A DNA stretch of 55,971 nt from Candidatus Dormibacteria bacterium. Lineage in GTDB: Bacteria > Chloroflexota > Dormibacteria > Aeolococcales > Aeolococcaceae. Below the pieces are notes generated by a model that was given only the letters and a program-made list of their open reading frames with translations, did no database searches and was not told the DNA's origin. This document shows positions 43,298 to 50,860 of this stretch, piece by piece (the first letter of the stretch is position 1; every line of letters begins with the position of its first letter). The translations under genes were made by a program, and so were the position numbers. The DNA is taken from assembly GCA_050015875.1 (NCBI GenBank), contig JBEKAP010000001.1:1-55971 (forward strand). The letters run 5' to 3'.

Positions 43298-44677
43298 ATG
43301 CCCTCTCATGCCGACGACCACATCGTCTGCATCATCGGCGCCGGCTACGTCGGGCTGGTGACCGCGGCGGGTCTCGCCGAGGCGGGTCGCGAGGTCCGGG
43401 TCGTCGAGGTCGATGCCGCGCGCCGGGCGGCCGTGGCGGCGGGGATCTCGCCCATCTTCGAGCCGGGCCTCGACGAGGTCCTGAGCGCGGTGGTCGCCTC
43501 GGGCAGGCTCCGGGCTGTCGAGACCATGAGCCAGGGGGCCGCCGGGGCTGGGATCGTCATCATCGCCGTGGGCACTCCGCCCACCCCCGACGGCGAGGCT
43601 GACCTCTCCCAGGTGCGGCAGGCCGTCAACCAGGCCCTGGCCGAGGTCGCTCCCGGAGCCGTCATCGCGATCAAGAGCACGGTGCCCCCTGGCACGACAC
43701 GAGCCCTGGCTCGCGACTGCAGCCGTGACGACGTCGCCTTCGTCATGTTTCCCGAGTTTCTCCGCGAGGGCTCCGCCCTCGAGGACCTCCGCCACCCCAG
43801 TCGGGTGGTGGTCGGAGGCGAGGACGCCGCGGCCGTGAAGCGGGTCGCTGCGCTGCTGGGCGGTCCCGCCACGACGCGACTCCTCTGCGACAGTGTCAGC
43901 GCGGAGCTGGTCAAGTACGGGTCCAACGCGTTCCTCGCCACCAAGATCAGCTTCATCAACGAGATGGCCCAGCTCTGTGAGCTGACCGGTGCCGACATCG
44001 AGCACGTGGCCGACGGGATGGGCCTCGATCCCCGCATCGGCCGCAGCTTCCTGAGCGCAGGCCTCGGCTGGGGCGGCTCGTGCTTCCCCAAGGACGTTCG
44101 CGCCCTGGAGACTTCGGCCGGATACCACGGTCAGAGCTTCTGGTTGCTCAAGGCGGCCATCGAGGTCAACAGCCAGCAGCGGCGCCGATTCACGGCCAAG
44201 CTGCTCCAGGGACTGGGGGGGAGCCTGGAGGGGCGGACGGTGGCCATCCTCGGCCTGGCGTTCAAGCCCTTCACCGACGACATGCGCCAGGCACCCGCTC
44301 TGGAGGTGGTGCGCCAGCTCGAGGACCTCGGAGCCCACGTCGTCGCCACCGACCCGGTGGCGCTCGATCGGGCGCGCCCCCTGCTGCCGAGGACACGTCT
44401 CGTTGCCGACCCCTACGCGACCGTGACCGGTGCCGACGCGGTCGGGCTGGTCACCGAGTGGCCGGAGTACCGGGATCTGGACTGGCCCCGGGTTCTCGGG
44501 CTGACGCGGGGGAAGCTCGTGGTGGACGGGCGCAACTGCTTGGACGGCCGGGCGATCACCGGTGCCGGAGGCGTCTACGTCAGCATGGGACGGCGCACCC
44601 GCGGGCTCCCCGCGGCCCTCCCCGGGGCCGCCCCCGAATCCGCCGCCACCTCCGTGCCCCCCCTCCCCCTCGGCTAG
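43298..44677 (+). CDS. ugd: UDP-glucose 6-dehydrogenase
   Basis: Motif IVCIIGAGYVGLVTAAGLA. The catalytic Cys lies in GLGWGGSCFPKDVRAL. Also LGLAFKPFTDDMRQAP. Confidence 0.9.
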   Translation: MPSHADDHIVCIIGAGYVGLVTAAGLAEAGREVRVVEVDAARRAAVAAGISPIFEPGLDEVLSAVVASGRLRAVETMSQGAAGAGIVIIAVGTPPTPDGEADLSQVRQAVNQALAEVAPGAVIAIKSTVPPGTTRALARDCSRDDVAFVMFPEFLREGSALEDLRHPSRVVVGGEDAAAVKRVAALLGGPATTRLLCDSVSAELVKYGSNAFLATKISFINEMAQLCELTGADIEHVADGMGLDPRIGRSFLSAGLGWGGSCFPKDVRALETSAGYHGQSFWLLKAAIEVNSQQRRRFTAKLLQGLGGSLEGRTVAILGLAFKPFTDDMRQAPALEVVRQLEDLGAHVVATDPVALDRARPLLPRTRLVADPYATVTGADAVGLVTEWPEYRDLDWPRVLGLTRGKLVVDGRNCLDGRAITGAGGVYVSMGRRTRGLPAALPGAAPESAATSVPPLPLG

Positions 44678-44766
44678 GAATCGTCACTCCACCCTCGGGG
44701 GCGTCGCCGGTGGCTGAGGGCGGAGCGCCGCTGCCGGGGCGGGGGTGGGAGAATCCGCCCCGAAGG

Positions 44767-46062
44767 ATGATGGCGCGGCTTCGACCCGGGAAGAATCTGA
44801 CCCGGCTGCTCACCCCCGGCCTCCATGTGAAGCGCTGGCTGCTTCTGCTCATGGTCGGGATCGTGATGATCAGCCTCGCGTTCGGCTATGTCCTGCGCGA
44901 CGTCTACAAGACCGGAAGCTACCCGTCGTGGGTCCAGACCATCACCCTCCAGTTCCTTCCCGAGACCATCCGGGGAATCCTCTTCCTGGGCATCGGGGTG
45001 GCCATCATCGGGGTCAGCTTCTACTTCCTGGGCAAGTCGGTGCTCGGGCCCTTCCTCCCCGGTGGCACCGGCGAGGGTGGGTTCGTCCAGCAGCTCTACG
45101 CCTACCGGCTCCTCTCCAAGGGCCCCCGGGTGGTCGCGATGGGGGGCGGCACCGGGCTCTCCTCGCTGCTCCGCGGCATCAAGAAGTACACCGGGAACAT
45201 CGTGGCCATCGTCACCGTCGCCGACGACGGCGGCTCCAGCGGCCGGCTGCGTGACGAGTTCCGGGTGCTGCCTCCGGGGGACTTCCGCCAGTGCCTGACC
45301 GCGCTCGCCGAGACCGAGCCGCTGATGACCGAGCTCTTCCAGCATCGCTTCTCCGGCGAGGGCGAGCTGGGCGGCCACTCCTTCGGCAACCTCTTCATCA
45401 TGGCCATGGCCGAGATCACCGGCGACTTCGAGCACGCCATCCGGGAGTCCGGCCGGGTCCTCGCCGTCCGCGGAGCCATCGTCCCGAGCACGCTCACCGA
45501 CGTGGTCCTCTGTGCCACCGCGGGCGAGGAGCTGAGGGTGGGGGAGTCCAAGGTCCCGGTCGGTGACGGCCGGATCGACCGCGTCTTCCTGGAGCCCGCC
45601 GCGCCGCCGATCAACCCGGAGGCCGAGGCCGCCGTCCTCAACGCCGAGATGGTGATCATCGGTCCCGGCTCCCTCTACACCTCGATCCTTCCCAACCTGC
45701 TGGTCGACGGCATGGTCGAGGCGCTCCGGGCCAGCCCCGCGGTCAAGGTCTACGTCTGCAACGTCGCCGGCCAGCCGGGCGAGACCTTCGGTTTCACGGT
45801 GAGCGAGCACCTGGAAGCCATCCAGGCGCACGTCGGCAACAACCTCTTCGACTACGTCGTGGTCAACAGCAACGTCACCCCTCCGCTGCCCGCCTCGGCG
45901 CGACGCGCCGGCGTCGGCCGGGTGAGCTTCGACCGCCAGCGGGCCCAGCAGTACCCGGTGCGCTACATCCTGGCCGATGTGGTCAGCACCAGCGTCAGCT
46001 CCCACCACGATCCCGACAAGCTCGCCCGGGTCGTGATGAAGCGGATCTGGCACCAGCGCTAG
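44767..46062 (+). CDS. yvcK: YvcK/CofD-like (gluconeogenesis factor family) protein with N-terminal two-TM membrane anchor
   Basis: ORF 44080-46062 trimmed to the ATG at 44767; the upstream part overlaps ugd. Motifs VVAMGGGTGLSSLLRGIKKYT, VTVADDGGSSGRLR and GPGSLYTSILPNLLV. The N-terminal ~115 aa contain WLLLLMVGIVMISLAFGYVL and GILFLGIGVAIIGVSFYFLG. Confidence 0.85.
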   Translation: MMARLRPGKNLTRLLTPGLHVKRWLLLLMVGIVMISLAFGYVLRDVYKTGSYPSWVQTITLQFLPETIRGILFLGIGVAIIGVSFYFLGKSVLGPFLPGGTGEGGFVQQLYAYRLLSKGPRVVAMGGGTGLSSLLRGIKKYTGNIVAIVTVADDGGSSGRLRDEFRVLPPGDFRQCLTALAETEPLMTELFQHRFSGEGELGGHSFGNLFIMAMAEITGDFEHAIRESGRVLAVRGAIVPSTLTDVVLCATAGEELRVGESKVPVGDGRIDRVFLEPAAPPINPEAEAAVLNAEMVIIGPGSLYTSILPNLLVDGMVEALRASPAVKVYVCNVAGQPGETFGFTVSEHLEAIQAHVGNNLFDYVVVNSNVTPPLPASARRAGVGRVSFDRQRAQQYPVRYILADVVSTSVSSHHDPDKLARVVMKRIWHQR

Positions 46063-46105
46063 CAGCGGCTTCAGCCCCCTGCTCGCCGGCCGCGCTCGGA
46101 CCCGG

Positions 46106-47149
46106 CTAATACAGCAGGTCGCTCCGCAGCCGCCAGCGCAGTCGCCGGACGATGGGCTCGCCGGCTCGCCTCCAGAGCCGGTGGCGGCGCTCGTCCAGCA
46201 CCAGCTCCCAGGTCCCCACGTACTCGCGGATGTCGGTCGTGAAGCCGGCCTTGAACTGCATCAGCCCCCCGAGGGGATGGTCGCCGGTCGCGGCCTGCTC
46301 CTGGGTCGGCACCGCGAAGAGGTCGTAGCTCCGCACCCCTCGCGCGCGCAGCCAGCGCATGGCCTCCCATTGGACGAGGTGAGGTGCCATGACCTCGTGC
46401 CGGTGGGTGAGCGAACCGCCGTCCTTGTACCAGGCGCGGTCCCCGAGATGGATGACGTACGCGCCCGCTAGCACCTCCTCCCCGAGCCGGGCCAGGAAGA
46501 GCTGACCCTGACCGCTCGCCTCGAAGAGCCGCCAGTAGCCGGAGTAGTAGGCGAGGGGGCGCAGCGGGAAGCCGGCCCGCCGGAAGGCCGCCCCCATCAG
46601 CTCGTACATGCTGGCCACCCCGACCTCGTCGCAGGGGACGGGCAGGACGGTCACTCCCCGCCGGCCCGCCAGCCGGATGTTGTACCGGGTCTTGGGCTTG
46701 AAGGAGGCGAGCAGGGCGTCCTCGTCGGGTGCCAGGTCGACGATCGCCGTGGCCCGGGAGATCTGCACGTCCTCGGCCTTGCGGAGCCCGAGCGAGGTGA
46801 GCGTCAGCCGGTTGGCCGGGGTGTCGGCCAGCTCCGGCTCCACCTGGACGCAGAACGCCCCCGGGAAGGCGCTGCCGGAGGTGAGCAACTGGCCCAATCG
46901 GTCGGCGGAGGAGGCGGCGGGGCCCTTGGGGGCGTACCAGAGCCAGCCGAGACCGGGGACGTGGCGACGAAGGAAGAGGGCCGCCACCGGCATCCCGGGG
47001 TCGTCGTCCGAGACCAGGTAGGCCGGTCGCCAGCCCCAGCCGCGCTTGAACTCGCCCCAGGCGCGGGTCTGGAGCATGTTGCCGCCGTCGGGGTTGGAGA
47101 GCACGAGATCGTCCCAGCGATCGATCTCCGCGGGGGTGGCCGGCCTCAT
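46106..47149 (-). CDS. FemAB-family peptidoglycan interpeptide-bridge aminoacyltransferase (FemX-like), copy 2
   Basis: This is the real C-terminal part of ORF 46106-48895. Met at 47149 (MRPATPAEIDRWDDLVLSNPDGGNMLQTRAWGEFK). Also KTRYNIRLAGRRGV and GLMQFKAGF. Confidence 0.8.
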   Translation of the reverse strand: MRPATPAEIDRWDDLVLSNPDGGNMLQTRAWGEFKRGWGWRPAYLVSDDDPGMPVAALFLRRHVPGLGWLWYAPKGPAASSADRLGQLLTSGSAFPGAFCVQVEPELADTPANRLTLTSLGLRKAEDVQISRATAIVDLAPDEDALLASFKPKTRYNIRLAGRRGVTVLPVPCDEVGVASMYELMGAAFRRAGFPLRPLAYYSGYWRLFEASGQGQLFLARLGEEVLAGAYVIHLGDRAWYKDGGSLTHRHEVMAPHLVQWEAMRWLRARGVRSYDLFAVPTQEQAATGDHPLGGLMQFKAGFTTDIREYVGTWELVLDERRHRLWRRAGEPIVRRLRWRLRSDLLY

Positions 47150-48225
47150 GCCGGGGCCGTCCCCCGCCCGGTGCGGCGGGCTGCGCGCAGCTCCCGGGCG
47201 GTCCGGTAGGCGCGGTAGCGGAGCGGGCGGAGCGGCAGGTCGAAGGTCCCCGGCCGGGTGATCATCGTGCCCCCGAAGGTCTTCTTGAACCTGCTGAACC
47301 CGGCCCACGGGTGGTCGACCTGGTCGTCCGGGATCACCCCCCAGAAGTCGAACTCGGTCCGCCCCTCGGCCCGGCAGTCGCGCACGATCTGCCAGGCGAG
47401 TGGGGCCGCGGCGACGATCTGGCGGGAGCGCTCGGGGTCGTCGGCGGCATGGGCGTAGTACCCGGTGGACGCCGACTCGAAGGCGATGACCCCGGCGACG
47501 CTCACGCCCTCCACCTTGGCGAGGTAGAGGGAGGCCGCCCCGAGGCCGAAGAGGGTGATGCACACGGTGCGGTAGTACTCGTCGGAGTGGGGGTCGAAGC
47601 GGTTGCGCTCGCCCGTCCGGTGGATCAGTCGGAGAAACTCCTCGACCTCCACCGCCTCTCGGGTGCGGAGGATGGAGATGCCCTTCCTGGTCGCCGCGTT
47701 GATGCTGCGCCGGCGTCCGGAGAGCATCTCGCCGCGCAGCTGCTCCTCCGATCGACGCAGGTCGAGGACCAGGGTGTGCCGGGGCTGGACGCTGCGGACG
47801 CGCAGCCCACCCCGGGCGGCGAGCGCCGCCTCGGTCTCGGCGGCGACCGCGGCGAGCCGCCGGTCCGTCGCGACCCCCGCCCCGGCGGGAGGCGCCATCG
47901 CGGTGGAGGCCACCACCAGGTCGGGCTCCACCCGCACGAAGTCCACACTCAGGGACCGGCCCGCGGCCCTGATCGCGTCGAGAGCGTCGCCGAGGCGCGT
48001 GGGGTCGTCGAGGGCGGGACCGTAGGGGAGGTAGAGGTAGCTGACGCCACGCCCGCGGTGCCGGACGCCTGCCCAGCGCCAGCCCTCTCCACGCTGGTGG
48101 ACCACCTCGTCGCCGAGCGCCTGCTGCACCGCCATCCACGATCTGCTCTGCATGACGTGACCGCCGCCGGCGTACAGCTCGCCGTCCCATTCGCTGTCGG
48201 GAAGACCCGTCGAGATTCCCTGCAC
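47146..48225 (-). CDS. FemAB-family peptidoglycan interpeptide-bridge aminoacyltransferase (FemX-like), copy 1
   Basis: Motifs HVMQSRSWMAVQ, GRRRSINAATRKGI and GFSRFKKTFGG. The stop overlaps the start of copy 2 (ATGA). The start is set to the GTG at 48225 because it aligns residue-for-residue with the N-terminus of copy 2. The ORF-track start (48321) would run through the hup promoter and start codon. Confidence 0.75.
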   Translation of the reverse strand: MQGISTGLPDSEWDGELYAGGGHVMQSRSWMAVQQALGDEVVHQRGEGWRWAGVRHRGRGVSYLYLPYGPALDDPTRLGDALDAIRAAGRSLSVDFVRVEPDLVVASTAMAPPAGAGVATDRRLAAVAAETEAALAARGGLRVRSVQPRHTLVLDLRRSEEQLRGEMLSGRRRSINAATRKGISILRTREAVEVEEFLRLIHRTGERNRFDPHSDEYYRTVCITLFGLGAASLYLAKVEGVSVAGVIAFESASTGYYAHAADDPERSRQIVAAAPLAWQIVRDCRAEGRTEFDFWGVIPDDQVDHPWAGFSRFKKTFGGTMITRPGTFDLPLRPLRYRAYRTARELRAARRTGRGTAPA

Positions 48226-48250
48226 CCGCGCAAGGTAGCACGAGGGAGAG

Positions 48251-48279
48251 TTGAGAAACCCGTTGCGCGCCCTTACAAT
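48251..48279 (+). promoter_or_regulatory. Sigma-70-type promoter for the HU-like gene: TTGAGA - 17 nt - TACAAT
   Basis: Near-consensus -35 (48251-48256) and -10 (48274-48279) hexamers with a 17-nt spacer. A GGAGAG Shine-Dalgarno lies about 6 nt before the ATG at 48320. Confidence 0.6.
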
Positions 48280-48319
48280 TCGGGCCATCACAGCAGCGCG
48301 ACGGGATTGGAGAGTGAGC

Positions 48320-48640
48320 ATGGCGAAAGTGATTACGCGCGATTCCCTGGCCTTGTCCTGGAAGGCGAAGGTGGAGGAGGGCGGGACGTACGCGATGACC
48401 AGGTCGCGCGACGACGTGCGCTGGTTCTTCGATGCGATCTCGGGAGCTCTTCAGAAGGGCGACGAGGTCCACATCCACGGCTTCGGCAACTTCAAGATCC
48501 AGCAGCGCGCGGCCCGGATCGGGCGCAATCCTCGCACCGGCGAGGCGGTCAAGGTGCCCGCCCACAAGGTGGTCCGCTTCACCCCGTCGGCGACCCTCTC
48601 CGCGTCGCTCAAGGGGAACGCCCGCCGCGCCAAGCGCTGA
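48320..48640 (+). CDS. hup: HU/IHF-family DNA-binding protein with atypical N-terminal region
   Basis: ORF 48251-48640 trimmed to the ATG at 48320. The arm region HGFGNFKIQQRAARIGRNPRTGEAVKVPAHKVVRFTPS matches the HU/IHF beta-arm signature (R-x-G-R-N-P-x-T-G). Confidence 0.85.
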   Translation: MAKVITRDSLALSWKAKVEEGGTYAMTRSRDDVRWFFDAISGALQKGDEVHIHGFGNFKIQQRAARIGRNPRTGEAVKVPAHKVVRFTPSATLSASLKGNARRAKR

Positions 48641-48668
48641 CGACCTCCGACGCGGCCCCCGGCCCGCC

Positions 48669-49952
48669 GTGAGCCGCGACGCGGCACCGCCGCGCCGCCC
48701 GTGGCTGCTGCCGGTCACCTTCTCGGCGATCGCGGCCCTGGTGCTCGCGGCCGGGGCCCTGGCGGGGGTGAGGGTCTTGAGCGCCCCACCCCCGCCCCGC
48801 CTCGATCTGAGGCTGCCGGCGACGCTCGCCGTCGCCCCCGGCGTCGCGCCGTCGATCCCGCTGCCGGCGACGGGGAGCTTCGACCTCGTCTCCACCGACG
48901 GGGGTCAGCTCGCCGCGGTGACCCCCACCGCGGTGCTGCCGATCGGCTCGATCGCGAAGGTCATGACCGCCCTGGTGGTGCTCCAGCATCAGCCGCTCAC
49001 CGGCGGCACCGGTCCGGACTACACAATCACCGATCAGGACGTCGGCTTCTTCGACGCGGTGGTCGCCGAGGACGGCTCCAGCCTCCCCGTGACGAGCGGC
49101 GAGCAGTTCACCGAACGGCAGCTGCTCCTCGCCCTGCTGCTCCCCTCGGCGAACAACATCGCCGACACCCTCGCGGTCTGGGTGGCCGGCTCGGAGGCGG
49201 CCTTCGTCGCCGACCTCAACACGGAGGCGCAGACGCTGGGTATGACCCAGACGGTCTTCGCGGACGCGAGCGGCTTCAGCCCGCAGACCGTCTCGACCGC
49301 CGCCGATCTGGTGAAGCTCGGCCAGGCCGCCCTCGCCTCTCCCACCCTCGCCGCCCTGGTCGCCACCCCGTCCGCGGTGATGCCCGACGGCAGCACCGTC
49401 CAGAACCTGGACACCGACCTGGCGACCGTCCCGGGCTGGCTCGGGATCAAGACCGGCTCGACGTCACAGGCGGGTGGCTGTCTCCTCTTCGCCGCCGAGC
49501 ACGCCGGCCCGGTGGGGGGCAGCTCGGAGGTCACGGTGGTGGGCGCGGTCCTCGGCGTGGTCACCGCCGGCGGCGCCCTCGGTACCGAGCTGGCCGGTGC
49601 CCTGAGCGCGTCCGCCGCCGCGGTCGACGCCGCCTTCGGCGCGTACCAGGCCATCGACCTGGGCACGGTGACGCCACCCGCGCGCTCGGGGGCGCTCAGG
49701 TCCGCGTGGGGGACGAGCACCCAGCTCCAGGTGACCTTCACGGGCAGCACGTCCCCGGTCGAGCTCCGGGTGGGCGCCACCCTCCGGCTCTCGGTGACCC
49801 TGGTGCCGATTCGCGACGCGTCGACGGTCACCGCGGGCACCGTGGTGGCGCGTGTGACCGGGCGCATCGGCGGCGTCAGGCTGGCCACCTGGAACGTCGT
49901 GGCCACCGGCGGTCTCGGCCAGCCGAGCTGGCAGTGGCTCCTCACCCACTGA
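48669..49952 (+). CDS. D-alanyl-D-alanine carboxypeptidase (peptidase S11, low-MW PBP) with N-terminal TM anchor
   Basis: ORF 48432-49952 trimmed to the GTG at 48669. SxxK in GSIAKVMT, SxN in LLPSANN and KTG in GIKTGST. The TM segment is LLPVTFSAIAALVLAAGALAGV. Confidence 0.85.
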   Translation: MSRDAAPPRRPWLLPVTFSAIAALVLAAGALAGVRVLSAPPPPRLDLRLPATLAVAPGVAPSIPLPATGSFDLVSTDGGQLAAVTPTAVLPIGSIAKVMTALVVLQHQPLTGGTGPDYTITDQDVGFFDAVVAEDGSSLPVTSGEQFTERQLLLALLLPSANNIADTLAVWVAGSEAAFVADLNTEAQTLGMTQTVFADASGFSPQTVSTAADLVKLGQAALASPTLAALVATPSAVMPDGSTVQNLDTDLATVPGWLGIKTGSTSQAGGCLLFAAEHAGPVGGSSEVTVVGAVLGVVTAGGALGTELAGALSASAAAVDAAFGAYQAIDLGTVTPPARSGALRSAWGTSTQLQVTFTGSTSPVELRVGATLRLSVTLVPIRDASTVTAGTVVARVTGRIGGVRLATWNVVATGGLGQPSWQWLLTH

Positions 49953-50059
49953 ACCCCACGCGGCAGGCCGCGCGGGAACCCCTCTATCTCGATAGGGGCT
50001 CGCCGCCGCTCGCCGGCGCGGCTCAGCCGCGCTCGGCTCACCCCGCCAATGGACCCTGA

Positions 50060-50425
50060 CTACCAGGAGGCGTCGGTCCGTTCGGCGGCGACGCGCAGCG
50101 CCTCCACCGCGGCGGCCGCCTGCGGGGCGAGGTCCGGGGCGACCCGGATCGTCTCCAGGTGCTCCTTGGCGACGATCATCTCCACCTCGTGCAGGCCGAG
50201 GTGAGGCTTGGCCGAGGCCTGGGACGCGTAGGCCTGGAGCTGGGCCTGCCACTTCTGCCGCAGCGCCCGGGGCGCGATCTCCCCGGCCTTGACCCTGAGC
50301 CCGACCCCGCCCGGCCCGGGCGCGAGCCGGAAGCGGAGGGCCATCCGGCCGGCCTTGACGCAGACCTCGCAGCGCCCGCTCTTCTCGTCGGGGATCTCAG
50401 GGCGTTTCTGGCAGACGCGGCACAT
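50060..50425 (-). CDS. Hypothetical protein with N-terminal CxxC-x14-CxxC zinc-ribbon motif
   Basis: 121 aa with a strong third-position G/C bias. The protein begins MCRVCQKRPEIPDEKSGRCEVCVKAG. It is divergent from an XRE-family gene. Confidence 0.6.
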   Translation of the reverse strand: MCRVCQKRPEIPDEKSGRCEVCVKAGRMALRFRLAPGPGGVGLRVKAGEIAPRALRQKWQAQLQAYASQASAKPHLGLHEVEMIVAKEHLETIRVAPDLAPQAAAAVEALRVAAERTDASW

Positions 50426-50513
50426 CCCCCCGATGGTCGCAGATCAGGGGCCCCGTCGCCCAGCCCCGCACCCCGCGTCGCGACGCCCAGGCGCACGGCC
50501 GTGCGCTCATGCG

Positions 50514-50542
50514 TTGACGAAAACACTGTCAGGTACTACATT
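50514..50542 (+). promoter_or_regulatory. Sigma-70-type promoter TTGACG - 17 nt - TACATT, predicted to give a leaderless XRE transcript
   Basis: The hexamers lie at 50514-50519 and 50537-50542 in a locally AT-richer stretch. The ATG at 50549 begins 7 nt after the -10 with no Shine-Dalgarno sequence. Confidence 0.6.
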
Positions 50543-50548
50543 GTGCCC

Positions 50549-50818
50549 ATGAACGTCGAGGTACGCGCCACCGGGCTCCGCACCATGCGAGACAGGCACA
50601 AGCTGACCCAGCGGGAGCTGGCCCGCCGTCTGGGGGTGACCCAGAACTACATCCCCGCCCTCGAGGCGGGCACCCGCAACCCCGGCCCCAAGCTACGCCA
50701 GCAGCTCATGCAGCTGTTCCAGTGCGACTTCGAGGACCTCTTCCAGGTGGTGATGATCAATCCGGTCGACCACCACGAGACCCTGCTGAAGCCGGTCGAG
50801 GAGCCGCGCTCCGCCTGA
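50549..50818 (+). CDS. XRE-family helix-turn-helix transcriptional regulator
   Basis: ORF 50159-50818 trimmed to the ATG at 50549. The stretch MRDRHKLTQRELARRLGVTQNYIPALEAGTRNP is a classic Cro/C1-type HTH. Confidence 0.85.
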   Translation: MNVEVRATGLRTMRDRHKLTQRELARRLGVTQNYIPALEAGTRNPGPKLRQQLMQLFQCDFEDLFQVVMINPVDHHETLLKPVEEPRSA

Positions 50819-50860
50819 GGCCGGGAGCCCCCCTCGCGGCGCCTCACTACAATCGGGCGG

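Noticed and set aside
44080-44766. N-terminal 229 codons of ORF 44080-46062
   Set aside because: They overlap the 3' part of ugd in another frame and are Pro/Arg/Gly-rich. The YvcK homology and the TM helices begin only after the ATG at 44767.
46106-48895. 929-aa minus-strand ORF
   Set aside because: Only the last 347 codons (from the Met at 47149) are FemAB-like. Upstream, the ORF overlaps the second Fem gene in another frame and is antisense to the hup and dacB-like genes. I split it into two real CDSs.
49953-50059. GC-rich hairpins in convergent intergenic regions as intrinsic terminators. Examples are GCGCGGC-tca-GCCGCGC at 50016-50032, GAGTTG-gccg-CAACTC at 21949-21964, and a weak stem at 5600-5640.
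   Set aside because: The stems are short (5-7 bp) and none is followed by a U-tract. In this GC context such stems arise by chance, so they are not reported as terminator features.
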